Of a stretch of 41,197 bases of DNA, positions 8,883-21,626 are shown in pieces (position 1 is the stretch's first letter; every line of letters begins with the position of its first letter). Below the pieces are notes generated by a model that made no database searches, was not told the origin of the DNA, and worked only from the letters and a program-made list of their open reading frames with translations. Origin of the DNA: Torpedo marmorata (Eukaryota). The position numbers were made by a program, and so were the translations under genes. The stretch lies in the NCBI GenBank assembly GCA_977017645.1, contig OZ360222.1:188502804-188544000 (forward strand). Reading direction: 5' to 3'.

Positions 8883-10484
8883 ATCTTCTATTGAGTCATG
8901 AGCTGTGTTTGATTGGATGAATCGGGGACTATTTGTAGTGGTTTCTGCTGTTTCATGAGGCGGAGCATCCTTTTAAATCTCAATTAACAATTAATTAGGC
9001 CGGTCCAGGTGTCTGTGTGACCTTTCACAAAACTGAAGAGATTATTTAAATCAACATGGCAGTCAAATGAACTCACAGGTCTTTTTTAAAAAAAAATAAA
9101 AAATTGGATATGGCTTCTTCTCACAGTTGTACATTACCTTAATACTCTTGGTACAGCTGTTTCAATCAAAACTATTAAGTGTTTAAATCAACATTTCTGA
9201 ATAAAAGATGAAAACTACAACAGTCAAAATTTGCATAATCCAATGCTTTCATCTATTTTATATCGTCTTAGTTACAAATTGATAGATATCATAATTTAAA
9301 ATTAATTTGGGGAGTGTAGAAATTTGGATTATAATTACCGGTATTCTGATTATGGAAAGCTAAATTGCAAAACCATGCCAGGTCTGAAAAAATTGCTCTG
9401 AATATGTTTGAATAGAATAATCTTGTGTAAATTTGGCACAGAGGTAAAAATTGTAACAATGTTTGATATCGTACAAAATGTTATTTGAAAGTTGGGATGT
9501 ACTCTCAGAATCTTAGTTACTGCGGTGGCTAGAAATGCAAAAAAACACACTGGATACATTTTTGTAAAAGATTTTGTCCTGGATAAAGATTATATTTGAG
9601 CTCTTTTAATCTGTCAGAGATTATATCACTAAAATCCCAGAGGATTTTATTGAGTGTGTGCTCATATCTATATTATAGTTTCAGAAGTCGGTTTTTCAAT
9701 TTATAAATTAGAACTTTAGCTTTTCTGTGCATCAAACTAGTTTGCAGAAAGCTGGAGAAATGTCTACACCGTTTCAGAATTTTGAAAGCTTTATGAATTA
9801 TGACTTGGAATCTTTCAACATTAAATTTGGCTGTTATTCATGTTGATAAATATTTATAAAACGGAGGAAGTATTTCTCCCTTGAGGCCTCACAGGTATAG
9901 TGCTCATCTTCTCAACAAAATACGCACACTTAACAAAAAGTTGGTCTGTGGTATTTTGTATTTGTCAGGTTCACGTTAGCCTGGTCAGGACTGGGAACCT
10001 GGACTGGTCGTCATTTCAAATCCCGTCTTGACAAATCGAGAAATTGAATTCATAGCATTTTTTTTATAATTGTCGGTTGTGTCAGGAAAAGTGTATATTA
10101 AAGCTGTAAAATTATAACTGGTTCACTGACTTGGCTTTGGAAAAGAAATTGATCACTCCGATCTGGCTTGGCTAAACTAAATGGCTTCAGTGTTGCTTAT
10201 GTCCCAAGGATGAATATTTAAACAAGTCAACAGCCTTTTTTTAATGTTTGAACAAGAAGTCCACAAGAGGTTGAGTAGAGATGGGAATGAGCCCAGTTGG
10301 CAACATGATTGCTTGAATGAAGCATAAAATGGTGGTTGGCATTGTGGAATCAATTGTATATTTGAAACAACATTTCAATGGTAGTGAACAGTGTCTTTAC
10401 TGTGTCTGTTAGGATTTAGGTTCAGAAAGCTCTGGAAAAGTTTTGACATTGAACGTAGAGCTAGTTGTGCACAGTTATTTTTTT

Positions 10485-11315
10485 GATCAAGATTCAATTT
10501 ATTGTCATGCAATAAAACAGTCATATTACATGAAATTCCTTTTGCCTGCTGTAAGGCAGACAGATTCGCTATCGGCAGAAATTGCCTTAAGCACCTCTTA
10601 CAGTCAGAGAAAGAGAAGCAAAAGAGAGTCCCCCCAGAGTCACCCAGTGTCCGTATATTCGCCTCCGCAGCCACACAGAGTCCAGTCCAAACCATTGGCA
10701 ACCCGAGCTCCAGATCCGAACCTCCGACACGGTTAGGAACCCTTCAATGCCTTCGGCACCCCCTCGCATCCTGGTTCCGATACCTGGTACCACTTCAGCC
10801 AGTTCGAGCCAGTCTCCAGCAGTCCGCAGCCCGGCGCGAGTCTCCTGACAGCAGTCTCCAGCAGCCCACAGCCTCCACGGGTTCCTCGCCTCGAGTCGCC
10901 AGCAGCCCTCCGCATGCACTGGTCTTTCAGCCGCAGAGCCCCCTAACCGGTCCGCCGCCGTGGTCACCGTCCCGTGGGTCGTCTCCTCTGCTTCTCCTTC
11001 TCAGACAGGGGATGGTCTCCCCGTTTTCTGGTGCCCTGCGCCAGTCCTCCGCTCCCCTGGAGTCTGCAACCCCTCGTGGCTGCTGCCGATCAGAGGCGCT
11101 GCCATCTTGGGCGCAGACCCCGCGGTCGTGGGATTTTAAATAAAACCACAGTCGCCTCCTTTAACGGGCCGTTCAAAGCCCGTGCGGAGCTATCGGCAGT
11201 CGACTGGGCGGTTGGACCCCGCGGGAGCGCTGTATCTCCGCTCCTCGCTCCCCGCGGGTCCACACCAGCGGCAGCACTGCCATTACAGTGGCTCCGGCAG
11301 CGCCGCCAGTTCGCA
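10485..11315 (-). mobile_element. GC/CpG-rich non-autonomous retroposon (LINE-derived or SINE-like) with GACAATAAATTGAATCTTGA tail
   Basis: Sharp GC-rich island in an AT-rich background. The minus-strand end resembles the Rex/L2-type tails in this window. A related degraded copy lies at 27215-27795. No RT motif seen. Confidence 0.55.
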
Positions 11316-11740
11316 CACATGAGAACACTTCGCTGCTATTGTGTTTATATTTCATCTTTTCACTACACAGCAGGAGATTGCTTCACTCTGTAGCAAATAT
11401 CTGCATAATTCTTATCAGAAGGCTAAATTGGATGAGGCAGAATCCTATTACCAGCCATTAAAGATGTGCATGTGAAATTTTCTAGACTTTTTACTGTGAT
11501 TTTATTTTGCATTAAATGCTGCTTATTAATAATTAGTCAACTATTGATAGCAGCAGAGATGATTTTAACTACCAAAAGACAGATTATTATGTTCTCTACA
11601 GGCTATTGAATTCCTAGTTCCTTGAAATTAACATGGTGGAGTAGCACTGCTGGCAGATGATCAAGACACTGACTATCCATTTCTTTCTGACCTGGTGAGT
11701 CCCTCCAAATTCTTTGTTCACTCATAGAAAGCACCAATAT

Positions 11741-12028
11741 AAGATGATCCATAAATCCAAGTCTACGATTGAGTTCTGGAAGCAAGTTCCAGAAATAAAA
11801 TATCCTGAACTGAAGAAAACCAGTGTGTGACTCATCTCAATTTTCAGCACAACATACTGCTGTGATTCACTGTACTCTGTCATGAAGTTTGTGAAGTCGA
11901 AGCATCGTGCAATCCTTACAAATCAACACCTGACAGGGTTAATTCATACAGCCTTGACAACATTTCAGCCGGATTTTCAACATCTCACAGCCGTGATGGA
12001 GACTCACAATAATCAGTCAGGATTTTGA
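11741..12028 (+). pseudogene. hAT Charlie/Buster-type transposase C-terminal dimerization domain remnant
   Basis: KMIHKSKSTIEFWKQVPEIKYPELKKTSV*LISIFSTTYCCDSLYSVMKFVKSKHRAILTNQHLTGLIHTALTTFQPDFQHL...* matches the FW...YP.L......F.STY.CE..FS.MK..KSK.R..LT..HL pattern. One in-frame TGA at 11828. Confidence 0.82.
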
Positions 12029-12273
12029 AAATATTTGGTATGTATATGTGTACTTTTTGATTATTGAAACAAATACAAATTAGCAGTTTAAAAACAACAT
12101 ACATGAATAAATATTATTGTGTACATGTATTTAATATTTATATAAATATTTTGTAACAGAATGTGCATGTAAGAGTAAAAACATGCATGTAATATTTTTC
12201 ATGTCTTGCAGCTCTCAAACATCTGAAGTTTATTGTATGTGGCTCTTACGTTAAGCAAGTTTGGCCATCCCTG
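11741..12273 (+). mobile_element. hAT transposon right end (transposase tail, 3' subterminal region, TIR)
   Basis: Ends GTTAAGCAAGTTTGGCCATCCCTG; homologous to 1581-1812. Confidence 0.85.
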
Positions 12274-12690
12274 CTATACACCAATGACTATGCAACCAAA
12301 CACTGCTCCACCTCCATCAATAGTAGATGATCCCACCACCATAGACTGGATCTCAAAGAACAAGAAGTCATAATATAGAAGGGAGGTAATGGCTTGGTGC
12401 CAAGTCAACAACCTCTCCCTCAATCCCTGCTGTTATCACTCTCAAGAACAAGCCTCACATTGGTTCCAACTGATATCTCTCTCTCTGTCTCTGTCTCTCT
12501 CTGTTGTCTCTCTGTCTCTCTCTGTTGTCTCTCTGTCTCTCTCTGTCTGTCTGTCTGTCTGTCTCTCTCTGTCTCATTCTTTACTCTCTAATGTTTTTAT
12601 TGCTGTGCTGTGCATGGGTTGACTTGCTCAATTGCTTACAAGACAAACGTTCTCACTGTATCTCGGTAAACATGACAATAAACTTGAACC
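12274..12690 (+). mobile_element. Degraded Rex1/Babar LINE fragments (RT piece and 3' tail)
   Basis: LYTND...DD.TT....Y RRE..AWCQVNNLSLN; tail ACATGACAATAAACTTGAAC. Confidence 0.65.
12475..12575. repeat. Compound (CT)n/(CTGT)n microsatellite
   Basis: Directly visible. Confidence 0.92.
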
Positions 12691-13391
12691 TGTGTTTGGA
12701 ATGTTGTCTGGTACTATAGCCTCTGCTGTGATCACATTGATCTCTTTTTGATATCGCATTGGAGTAAATCTGATTGGCATCTGTAATGGTGGGGATGTCA
12801 GGGTGAAATTTTAGTTTCATCAACCACTGATCACTTCCAGCTGAATGTATTTGCAAATGCCTTGCCTTTAACACTTGCATGGTTTGGTTTCTGTTTGTAA
12901 GGCCCTTGTTTGTGATTGTTTGCCTTTTGGTTCCAAGTGTGTTTTGGGATGTTCTTGGCTTTGTTGAGCAGCTGTAGAATTTCAAATATATTTTCTTGTT
13001 TGTCTTTCTATTGAAGTTGATGAATAATTTGTCTATGGTTAACTACTCTTGATGTTAAATGGCAGTTTGATAAATTGTAAAGTGCTGTTTAACTAATTAT
13101 TCAATAATTTTCTCAAGAACGATGTGCTGGCATTTATTCACTGGTTAATTCAAGATGATGATTACCGGTACTTGACTTCTCAGATTGCACGGACTGCTAT
13201 TTTGCCCTTTGTATGATTAGTTAGCAGAGTAATTATTTCGAAGTACTGATTTTAGCAGAACAGTTTACAACTCAGAAAACTGATAGCTTTTACCCACAAT
13301 TCCAACTTGTGGATAAGATACAGTAGATGGTTAAAAAATATTTACTATCTGGGAATCAGATTTTGCATTGCCTTCTGCGCAGTGTGGTACA

Positions 13392-13475
13392 TCAAAAGTG
13401 CTGGAAAAACTCAGCAGGCCACGCAGCATCCATAAAAAAACAAAAGAAAAGACAGTCAACATTTCAGGCTGAAGA
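13392..13475 (-). mobile_element. Penelope pLTR fragment
   Basis: TGCTGGAAAAACTCAGCAGGCCACGCAGCATC...GTCAACATTTCAGGC, similar to 2190-2270. Confidence 0.6.
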
Positions 13476-13504
13476 TCAGTTTATCTTTTTAAATAAAGGT
13501 GACT

Positions 13505-13705
13505 GATTACCAGGGGTATTGGTGGAGGCAGATACGATTGTAGAGTCTGAGTTCAGACAAGTGCATTTACAGTCAAGGAATGGTTTGGGGTGGGGGGAGA
13601 TACAGAACATGTGCAGGCAGATGGGATTGGTTAGATTTGTATAATGGTTAGCATAGACGTGGTGGGCAGAAGGGCCTGTTCCCATGCTGGACAGTTCTAC
13701 TTCCA
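13505..13705 (+). mobile_element. CR1-type LINE 3' end, degraded
   Basis: GGTGGAGGCAGATACGAT...GCAGGCAGATGGGATT...GGGCAGAAGGGCCTGTTCCCATGCTG; compare 32060-32220. Confidence 0.7.
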
Positions 13706-15694
13706 TCCAGCAAGAAATCGTTATATATTCTTTTGTTGGTTTTTCATCAGTTCTTCCTCATATTTTGTCATGTTTTATTTCTTCACTTGAGAATTTACCA
13801 TGTTTTACTGCGCAGATTATTCTATATAAAATGGAGTCATATGGATTCAGAGATCCTAGTTGAATCAGTTGAGTGTTTGCCTTTTGTGGCTCGAGTCAAT
13901 GTGATGGAAAAAGGGTTATGGTTAGGGTGTGTCTGTCAGATGAGATGTTGAACTGAGTCTCCACCCATCTGCAGTGAATTTAAAATTCTTTCTGCACCAA
14001 TAGTTTTCCCAGCTTCCTGGCTAATACATATCTCACAGCTACGATCAAGAAAATAAGATCTTCTGGTCAAATATTTCATTGGTATTTGTGAGTCTTTGCT
14101 TTCTGAAGACTGCATACTGTGCTTCGTACATTGCACCAATTAAAAGTACACTTCAAAAGAGTTATTTTTGACTGTAAAAATACTTTTAAAACATCGAGGT
14201 CTCAGAACAAGTGCCTGCATATTTGTCATGTGCTGTGTCAGATTGTCACACTGAACAGTTCATTTTAATTAATCCTTGAGGTAATTGCAGATTGCTGTGA
14301 TTCTTGTCATTGGATTCACGTTGGATTCTTGTCATACTTTAATTACAGTTGTTGACTTTTTAAAGTCATACAGATGAAATTCAATTAAGTTGTAAGGTGA
14401 GTCATTTTATAGGGAGTACTAAAACTAATATAAAATAATTTCTTTGAGGCCATTTTAGCAACTGAACTGTCAAAGATGTCTTTTCAATACAGGTCTCCTT
14501 TAAGCTATATTTGAAAATAGTTTTTCAGCAATAATTAGACGGAAAGACTACTGATTTTTTTTTCTTTAAACCATTCTTTTTAAGTGGAAAACCAACTTTA
14601 AAATGATGCAGCAGATGCATAGGTGGTTGTGATTTGAATTGAATTCAGCTTTTTCCTTGCTATTGTAAGATTGTTCTTTTAAAAATGGCACATTTCATGT
14701 CCATATTGCTGTTGATGCCTTTTAAGCTGAAGGAGAAAGTTTGGCTGAATGAAATTTAAGATGACATTTAAATGGATTCTATAAATAAGATTGTTGCCAA
14801 GAGATTCCCTATCTCAAATTCCAAAGGAAGCAGCTGATGTGGTTTTGGAAAAAGTGCCGTTGGTGTAGATCTTTAATAATGTACATTACTTTTCAAATGA
14901 TTTGCAAATTAAACTAGATGTGGCTGTGCGTTTTCAGTAATTCGCGTCTTCTCTGTTGTGCTTAAGTTTTGCAAAACCATCACCTGTTGCTCCTCAGGAC
15001 AACAACAACAAATATTCCTTGTGCATACAACTCTGCTACATTCACCCTATGCACTGCAACATCATTATAAGCAACCTGTATGTTTTTAACTTTTGAGGCA
15101 GCTATTCTTGGCTCCACAGAAGGGTGTGATCATTACAATTTCAGATATGTAGCAAAGTAATTTGAATCACTGGACACTGAAATAATTCCACACAATGATT
15201 TGGAGCAGTTTTAGGGAGCCGTGTTGTCTCATGTTACAAATTGAATTTTGTTCTGTGCTTCCAAATCATATTTGTAAAAGTACAATGACATCAGATAAAT
15301 AGCAGCCCAGTTGTCCTTTTTGTATGTGCCTAAATGATCCTTGCATACTTTTTAAAGAGCAGGTGACATCCCTGAGTGCCCAGGCCAATGTTTTATACTT
15401 AACCAATATCTCTTAAAACAGATTTTCTGGCCATTGTTTACTCTTTGTTGATATGTCATTAAGTATAAAATAGCTCGTGCAGATTCCCAAATAATAGTGA
15501 TTACCTTTTAAAATGTAGTCTGAGGTCATGAAAGCCTCCATTTAAATTGTATGTATTCTCTCCCTTATCCCCTCCCCTTCTGCCCCATCCTCCTCTTCCC
15601 ACTTTCCCTCTATTATAATGTCTTGTAAGAACAATGCAAGCAGTACTCATGACCCAAAGTAAAAAGACATATACTGTTGGCATAATATTGATTA

Positions 15695-16165
15695 CCGTAT
15701 ATAGTCGACCACCCCCTTTTTTTGGCCCAAAAATCACGTGTTTTCCGTATATCCCGTGTAAAAGTAGACCCCCCTATTTTTGGCCCTGACCACCCACCTA
15801 CCCGAGCTCCGGACGCCCTGACTGCGAACCCTCGCCCCTGCCGCCCGCCCAACGGAGCTCCCGACGCCCCGACCTCAGATCCTCGCCTCAGCCGCCCACC
15901 GGAGCTCACGACGTCCCGACCACGGATCCTCGCTCCTGCCCACCGGCACTCCAGACACCCTGGCCACCCGCCTATCCGAGCTCATGATGCCCCCAATGCG
16001 GAATTACCACCCGGTCCCGGCCATCCGAGTTCCCCGACGCCTTGAACGACGCAGGTACTTACTGCGGTCAAAAGTATGACCTGTGTAAAAGTTGACACCC
16101 CCCCCCCCCCAATTTGACCTGAAAAATTGGTCCAAAAAACTCGACTATTACACGAGTATATATGG
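15695..16165 (+). mobile_element. Tc1/mariner-type MITE
   Basis: TA|CCGTATATA ... TATATATGG|TA; subterminal GTCGACC(CC) motifs; internal degenerate GC-rich repeats containing GAGCTC. Confidence 0.8.
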
Positions 16166-16667
16166 TATTATCTTACTCCCATAAGCTCTCCTTGACTGGA
16201 AAATAATACTACAGCAAGTGTGATCTTTTGTACGTTCAATAATAACCCCTCCTCCAGTGCAGCAAAGTGCAAAGCAATGTTGCTTCAATGTGAAAACCAG
16301 AGGTAGTAATTAAAAGTCTTGAAGCTAGCACTCTGGAAAGGACTTTCAAAGTCTTTCATTTCCCTGTGCCCATCTGGAATGAAAGATGGTTTCTATAACA
16401 GGTAAAGATACATTTGACCTTAAGAGGGAACATTAGTACATTTTGTTAAGGCAGTATAAAAATAGAAACCATACACTGAAAGTTCACTACAATGAAATTG
16501 TGCTATTTTTAGTTCCTCCATTAGTGACTGTGATACTGAACAATTGGATCAATAGTAATTGAGCTGATGCTGCATTATGCTTTACTCAGTCCACAGTATG
16601 ATTGCTGCATTGTAAGTGCAATGGGGAGAAGAGTTGCTCTTCAAAATGGAGCGATCAAGTACCATTG

Positions 16668-16798
16668 TTGGGACGAAGGACTCTGGCCCAATATGCCAAC
16701 TGCCTTTTACTTCTGATGGATGTTGCGTGACCTGCTGAGTTTCTCCAGCACTTTTGTGTACTGCACGAGACCAAGCATCTGCAATTTTTCTTGTTTAA
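16668..16798 (+). mobile_element. Penelope pLTR fragment
   Basis: GACGAAGGACTCTGGCCC...GACCTGCTGAGTTTCTCCAGCACTTTTGTGT...GCATCTGCA. Confidence 0.65.
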
Positions 16799-16857
16799 CA
16801 TGATCAAGTACCAGCAGCTTTCAAAAGAACCATCTCAAAGGTATAATTTTGAGGCAT

Positions 16858-17770
16858 AAAGAAATCTCTGGAAATAATCAGCAGGTCAGGCAGCATCTGT
16901 AGACAGGAAACAGCTATTGTTACAGACCGGAACTGGGAAAGAGTGAAAACAAATTGGTTTGAGTTGCAGAGAAAGTCGGGAGGGAAGGGTAGAACAAAGA
17001 AAATATCACTAATAAGTAAAGACTAAACATGGCAGTTGGAAGCACATTATGCTGCTTTGTCTGTGAGTGTTGCTAACAGCAGGAATGTGGAAATTTCAGG
17101 GAAGAACCCCTTCCATCCCATCAGCCTGTACGTACAACAGATCCTTCTTCATAATTTCTACCTAAAACAACAGGATTCCACCACCAGACATGTTTTCTTC
17201 CTTTCTTCTTTCAGCATTTTGTTGGAATCATTCCCTTCATGTCTTACTGTTCCATTCTTCCATTTTCATGAACCGCTCACTGTCTTTTGCCACTTCCTCA
17301 TACAACCACAGAAGATGCAACACCTGTTTTTTCACCTCTTCTCTTTGCACCATTCTGGGACCTCAGTCTTTGCAGGTGAAGCAATAATTCACTTACACTT
17401 CTTCCAATCTGCATTTTGGGCTCACAATGTGGTCTCCATACATTAGAAAAACCAAATGCAGATTAGCTTTGCAGAGCACCTGTGTTCAATCTGCAAGTGT
17501 GACCTTGAATTTCCAGTTGAAATTGTCCATCTCACTCCCACTCTCTCCTGTGTGTCTGTGGTTTCTTACATTGTTGGTGGCTCGAGGAACAATATCGCTT
17601 TTATCTGAACTCATTGCAGTCTTCTGGACACAAAATCAAATTCTTCTATTTCGGTAGCTTGCTCTTTCAGTTTTCACCAGGCATTGCCATTTTTGCCTGT
17701 CATCTTTCTGTAATGTAGCTTGTTTTCTCCTCTCATTGCAAATATAACCTGGCCTGTTGAGAATGTCTAT
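16858..17770. mobile_element. Old Penelope-like element: inverted pLTR piece (about 16858-17010) plus degraded GIY-YIG region (about 17110-17660, plus)
   Basis: AACCACAGAAGATGCAACACC...CAGGTGAAGCA..TTCAC...CAATGTGGTCTCCATACATT...TTTGCAGAGCACCT parallels 29520-29900. Confidence 0.6.
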
Positions 17771-18109
17771 GCTGTTAGCAGCACTTAACACAGACACAGA
17801 AGCATAATGTGCTTCTTTTTGGTTTCCTTGTATTAGCTATACGCTATTGTAGAGATAAAAGTACCATGCTGAAAGAATCATCTGCATTGGTGCTGCTGTG
17901 TATGGAAATCTGAAATTTATGATGAGATTTTGTATTCAAACAGCAAAGGAAGAGGGCTCTGCATTCACCCTGTTGACAGCTGTGTACAACATTTAGACTA
18001 GCTTTAAGGTAAATACCTGCTGTCACCTGGCTCTGCTTCTGTGCAGCATCTTTTGCAGGCGTTGTGGCATTTGTGACAAGATAAAATCACATAACATTCA
18101 AAAAAATGG

Positions 18110-18600
18110 AAACTGGAGCAGGCTGTTGAGCCTCTCGTGCCTACTGCACAACTCAGCAATAATCATGACTGGTCTTTTATCTCATAATATCCCTTGATTC
18201 CATTAATATCAGAAAATTACATAACCACCTCCATAAATACTCAGCCATTGGGCCTCCATTCCTCTCTTGGACAGAGTATTCAAAATGTTCATTATCCTCT
18301 GGGGAAGGAATTTTTCATGTATCCAAAGTGGTCAATCCTTATTTTTGAGATTGTTCTGAATACATAAGCTGGAGGAAACAACCACTTCACACCTACCCTT
18401 TTATAATTTTGTATATTTCAATGAGATGACCACTTATTCTTAAATTCTGGAGCCTCCTTCAACTTTTTTGGTCGACAAACCTACTGTCCTGGAAATCGAT
18501 GATGTAAACCTTTCTTGCATTCACTCTATTGCAAGTAAATCTTTCTTTGGGCAGGATGTCCAAACTACAAATCATATTCAAGATGCCATTTACTGGGGTA
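18110..18600 (-). mobile_element. CR1-type LINE 3' region, heavily degraded
   Basis: GGAGCAGGC..TTGAGCCTCTCGTGCCT..., CCCTTGATTCC, TTCAATGAGATGACCACTTATTCTT: reverse of a CR1 3' end. Confidence 0.55.
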
Positions 18601-18649
18601 GGGAAGTATAAAACTAGAGGGAATTCTCAATTTTCTCCCCATTTAAAAA

Positions 18650-19825
18650 AAATAGTCTGCCCATTTATTTCTTCTACCAAAGTGCATGACCGTACACTTT
18701 CCGACATTGTATTTCATTTGCCACTTCTTGACCCATGCTCCTAATCTACGTCCTTCTGCAGCCTTCCTGTTTCTTCAACACTACCTGCTCCTCCACCTAC
18801 CTTTGATCATCTGCAAACTTGGCCACAAAGCCATTAATTCCATATTTTTATATTTAAGGTAAAAAGAAGCGGCCCCAACACCGACCCCTGTAGAACATCA
18901 CGAGCAACTGGCAGCAAACCAGAATATGATCCCTGTATTCTGACTCTCTGCTTTCTGCCAATCAGCCAATGCTCCACCCATGCAAGCATGTTTCCTATTA
19001 TACCACGGGCTCTTATCTTGTTAAGTAGCCTCATGAGCAGCACCTTGTCGAAGGCTTTCAGAAAATCCAAATACACAACATCCATTGCATCTCCCCAAAC
19101 TAGCCTGCTTGTCACTTCTTCAAAGAATTCCAACAGGTTTGTTGAGCAAGATTTTCCTTTAAGGAAATCATGCTGGCTTTGGCCTACCTTGTCATGTGCC
19201 TCTCAGTACTCCGTAACCTCATCCTTGACAATAGACTCCAACATCTTCCCACTGACATCAGGCTAACCTGTCTATAAATTTCCTTTCTGCTGCCTCCCTT
19301 CTTGAATAGTGGGGTGACATTTGTGCTTTTCCACTCCTCCGGGATCATGCCAGAATCTATTGATTACTGAAAGATAATTTCCAATGCCTCCACAATCTCT
19401 ACCACCTTTTCTGTCAGAACCCATCTGGTCCGGGAGGCATCCACCCTTAGACCATTCAGCTTTCTGAGCACCTTCTCCCTTGAAATAGTTACTGCACTCA
19501 CTTCCCTTCCCTGATGCCCTTTGACATCTGGCACACTGCTGATGTCTTCCACAGTGAAGACTAATGCAAAATACACATTTAGTTCCTCTGCCATCTCCTT
19601 GTCTCCCATTATTATTTTCCAGTGTCATTTTCTAATGGTCCTATATCTATTCTAACCTCTCTTTTACTCTTTATAGACTTGAAGAAGCTTTTTGTAACCT
19701 CTTTGATATTATTTGCTACCCTACTTTCATACTTCATCTTTTCCCTCCTTGTGAGTGTTTTTGATACCTTCTGCAAGTTTTTAAAAACTTGCCAATCCTC
19801 CATCTTCCCACTAATTACTATGATG
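18650..19825 (-). mobile_element. CR1 LINE ORF2 reverse transcriptase fragment (pseudogenised)
   Basis: EFFEEVT...DVVYLDFLKAFDKV...LLNKIRARGIIG...WLIGRKQRV...VLQGSVLGPLLF; EMAEELNVYFALVFTVED; ANNIKEVTKSFFKSIKSKR. Confidence 0.92.
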
Positions 19826-21389
19826 TAACAATCCTACAAGAGCAAAAAAATTAACCTTATCTTAACATGGGAACGAACTAATTCACCTTGGATATAATAC
19901 GTGTTAGGGCAGTATTTATCAATCTACAGCCTGTGGCCCACTGGTGGGTTTGCTTATAGGTGGTGCACGGTAAGTAAAGGAACACTTAAGGTTAAGAGCT
20001 ACAGTTTTAGGGGATTTTTTGGTGCTCTAAAATGAAGCTTAAACATCCTGTTTTAAAATGCTTCAATTTGCAATTAGTCTGACAAATAAGTGTGTCATTG
20101 TTTATCTGGTTAATTTCCTCAACTAATTCCCCAATATTCTGAGCTTAAAAACTTCATCTCTGCCTACAGATCATTTCATGCCTCACACCCAATCACACTT
20201 CGCCCTTGTGTCTCTAATTGCTGCCTCTGTGCAATTAGATATTGAGCATGCTATCCTGCATCATTGATACTTCATCCCACCCTACACAACTTCCATGTCA
20301 TAGAAGGCCAAGCCATTGAGTAAAACGTTATGAACTCTATCCTTGTCCCTTGCCTAACTTCCTTGGAGTAATCTTATCATCTCATTTAGCCTTTTTGTCA
20401 GGAAGTCCTAGACAATCACATACTAATCCACATTGTCTTATTCTACACGTGTATAAACACACCTGAATTATTTTATTATACTGGATTTGCATTGTTTTTG
20501 TTGTCCACAAAAAAACTTTTTAATATGTTATAGACCAATATTAAGTGTGTCTGGTTACATTTGAAGACATTTCACCTCAGATTTTGAATCTGCCATGAGA
20601 AGGTCCCAGACTAACCTTAGTGACAGTTAAGCACTTCTTTCAAAATACAGTTATCTCTTCAGCACAAGATCCAGTGAGCCTGAGCTTCTTTAGGAGAAAA
20701 TTCTCCAACAGATTTTCAGTGATTATAATCAATGAAAGGACAGCAAGTTCCAGGTCTGTAATGAAATATTGATGCGTGCTTTATGGATCAAAACTGACAG
20801 TATCTTGAGCAGTATCACTGTTATTACGTCAGGAAAATCCATTACATTAAATGAGCAGTTTACTACGTAAATCCCAGCACTGAAGCAAACATAATTGACA
20901 TCGAGGCAATCATTCTTGTGCAACAATTCAGCTGATTCAGACATTGTGCAAATTTGTATTTCCCCAGGCAAATTCTCTAGAGAGCCAGAGAACACTTGAA
21001 AAATATTTTATGGGATAAAGTGCTTTCACGTGACTGGGGATTGTAGGAGACACTATAAAATCTATTTTGTTCTTTTCTCCTGACCAAAAAAAATGCAAGT
21101 TCATGAGTATGATCTGAGTATTTCAGATCACTGATCACAACAGAACTTACTGCAGCTGTGGTAGGTTTCATACCACTCAGTTGTCAGATGACCTAAAGAA
21201 CAGATATTAAGTGAGCTTTTGTTTATCTGATCACGCTGGATATAGGGAAAGCTAAGTGAGTTTGATGCTAGTTTCAGTCATGAATTCACTATCTTCTTTT
21301 GTAAGACTCTAAAAGACTGTTGCAGATTGACCAACATTTGGTATATATGGAAGAGAAAATAGACCTGCACGTTTTTAAGTTATTTTAAT

Positions 21390-21626
21390 TTTTTAACTTA
21401 ATTTCAATATACAGCACGGTGACAGGCCATTTTGGCCCACGAGCCCATGCTGCCCAATTACACCCAATTGACCTTCAACCCCTGGTACATTTTGATCTGT
21501 GGGAGGAAACCCACGCAGACTCGGGAAAAATGTACAAACTCCTTACAGATTGCACTGGATTTGAACCCCAGTCCCGATCGTTGGCACTGTAACAGTGTTG
21601 CACTAACCACTACGCTAACTGTGTCA
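21390..21626 (-). mobile_element. tRNA-derived V-SINE (HE1-like)
   Basis: Minus strand has A box TAGCGTAGTGG, B box GGTTCAAATCC, V-domain-like CTGTAAGGAGTTTGTAC...TCTGCGTGGGTTTCC and a CR1-like tail GGGCCAAAATGGCCTGTCACCGTGCTGTA. Confidence 0.8.

Noticed and set aside
10502-11393. 213-aa and 139-aa ORFs as host genes
   Set aside because: GC-rich repeat with few stops, no recognisable domain, and ORFs overlapping on both strands.
21540-21626. tRNA gene
   Set aside because: A and B boxes are present but run into a V-domain and LINE tail, so this is a SINE head.
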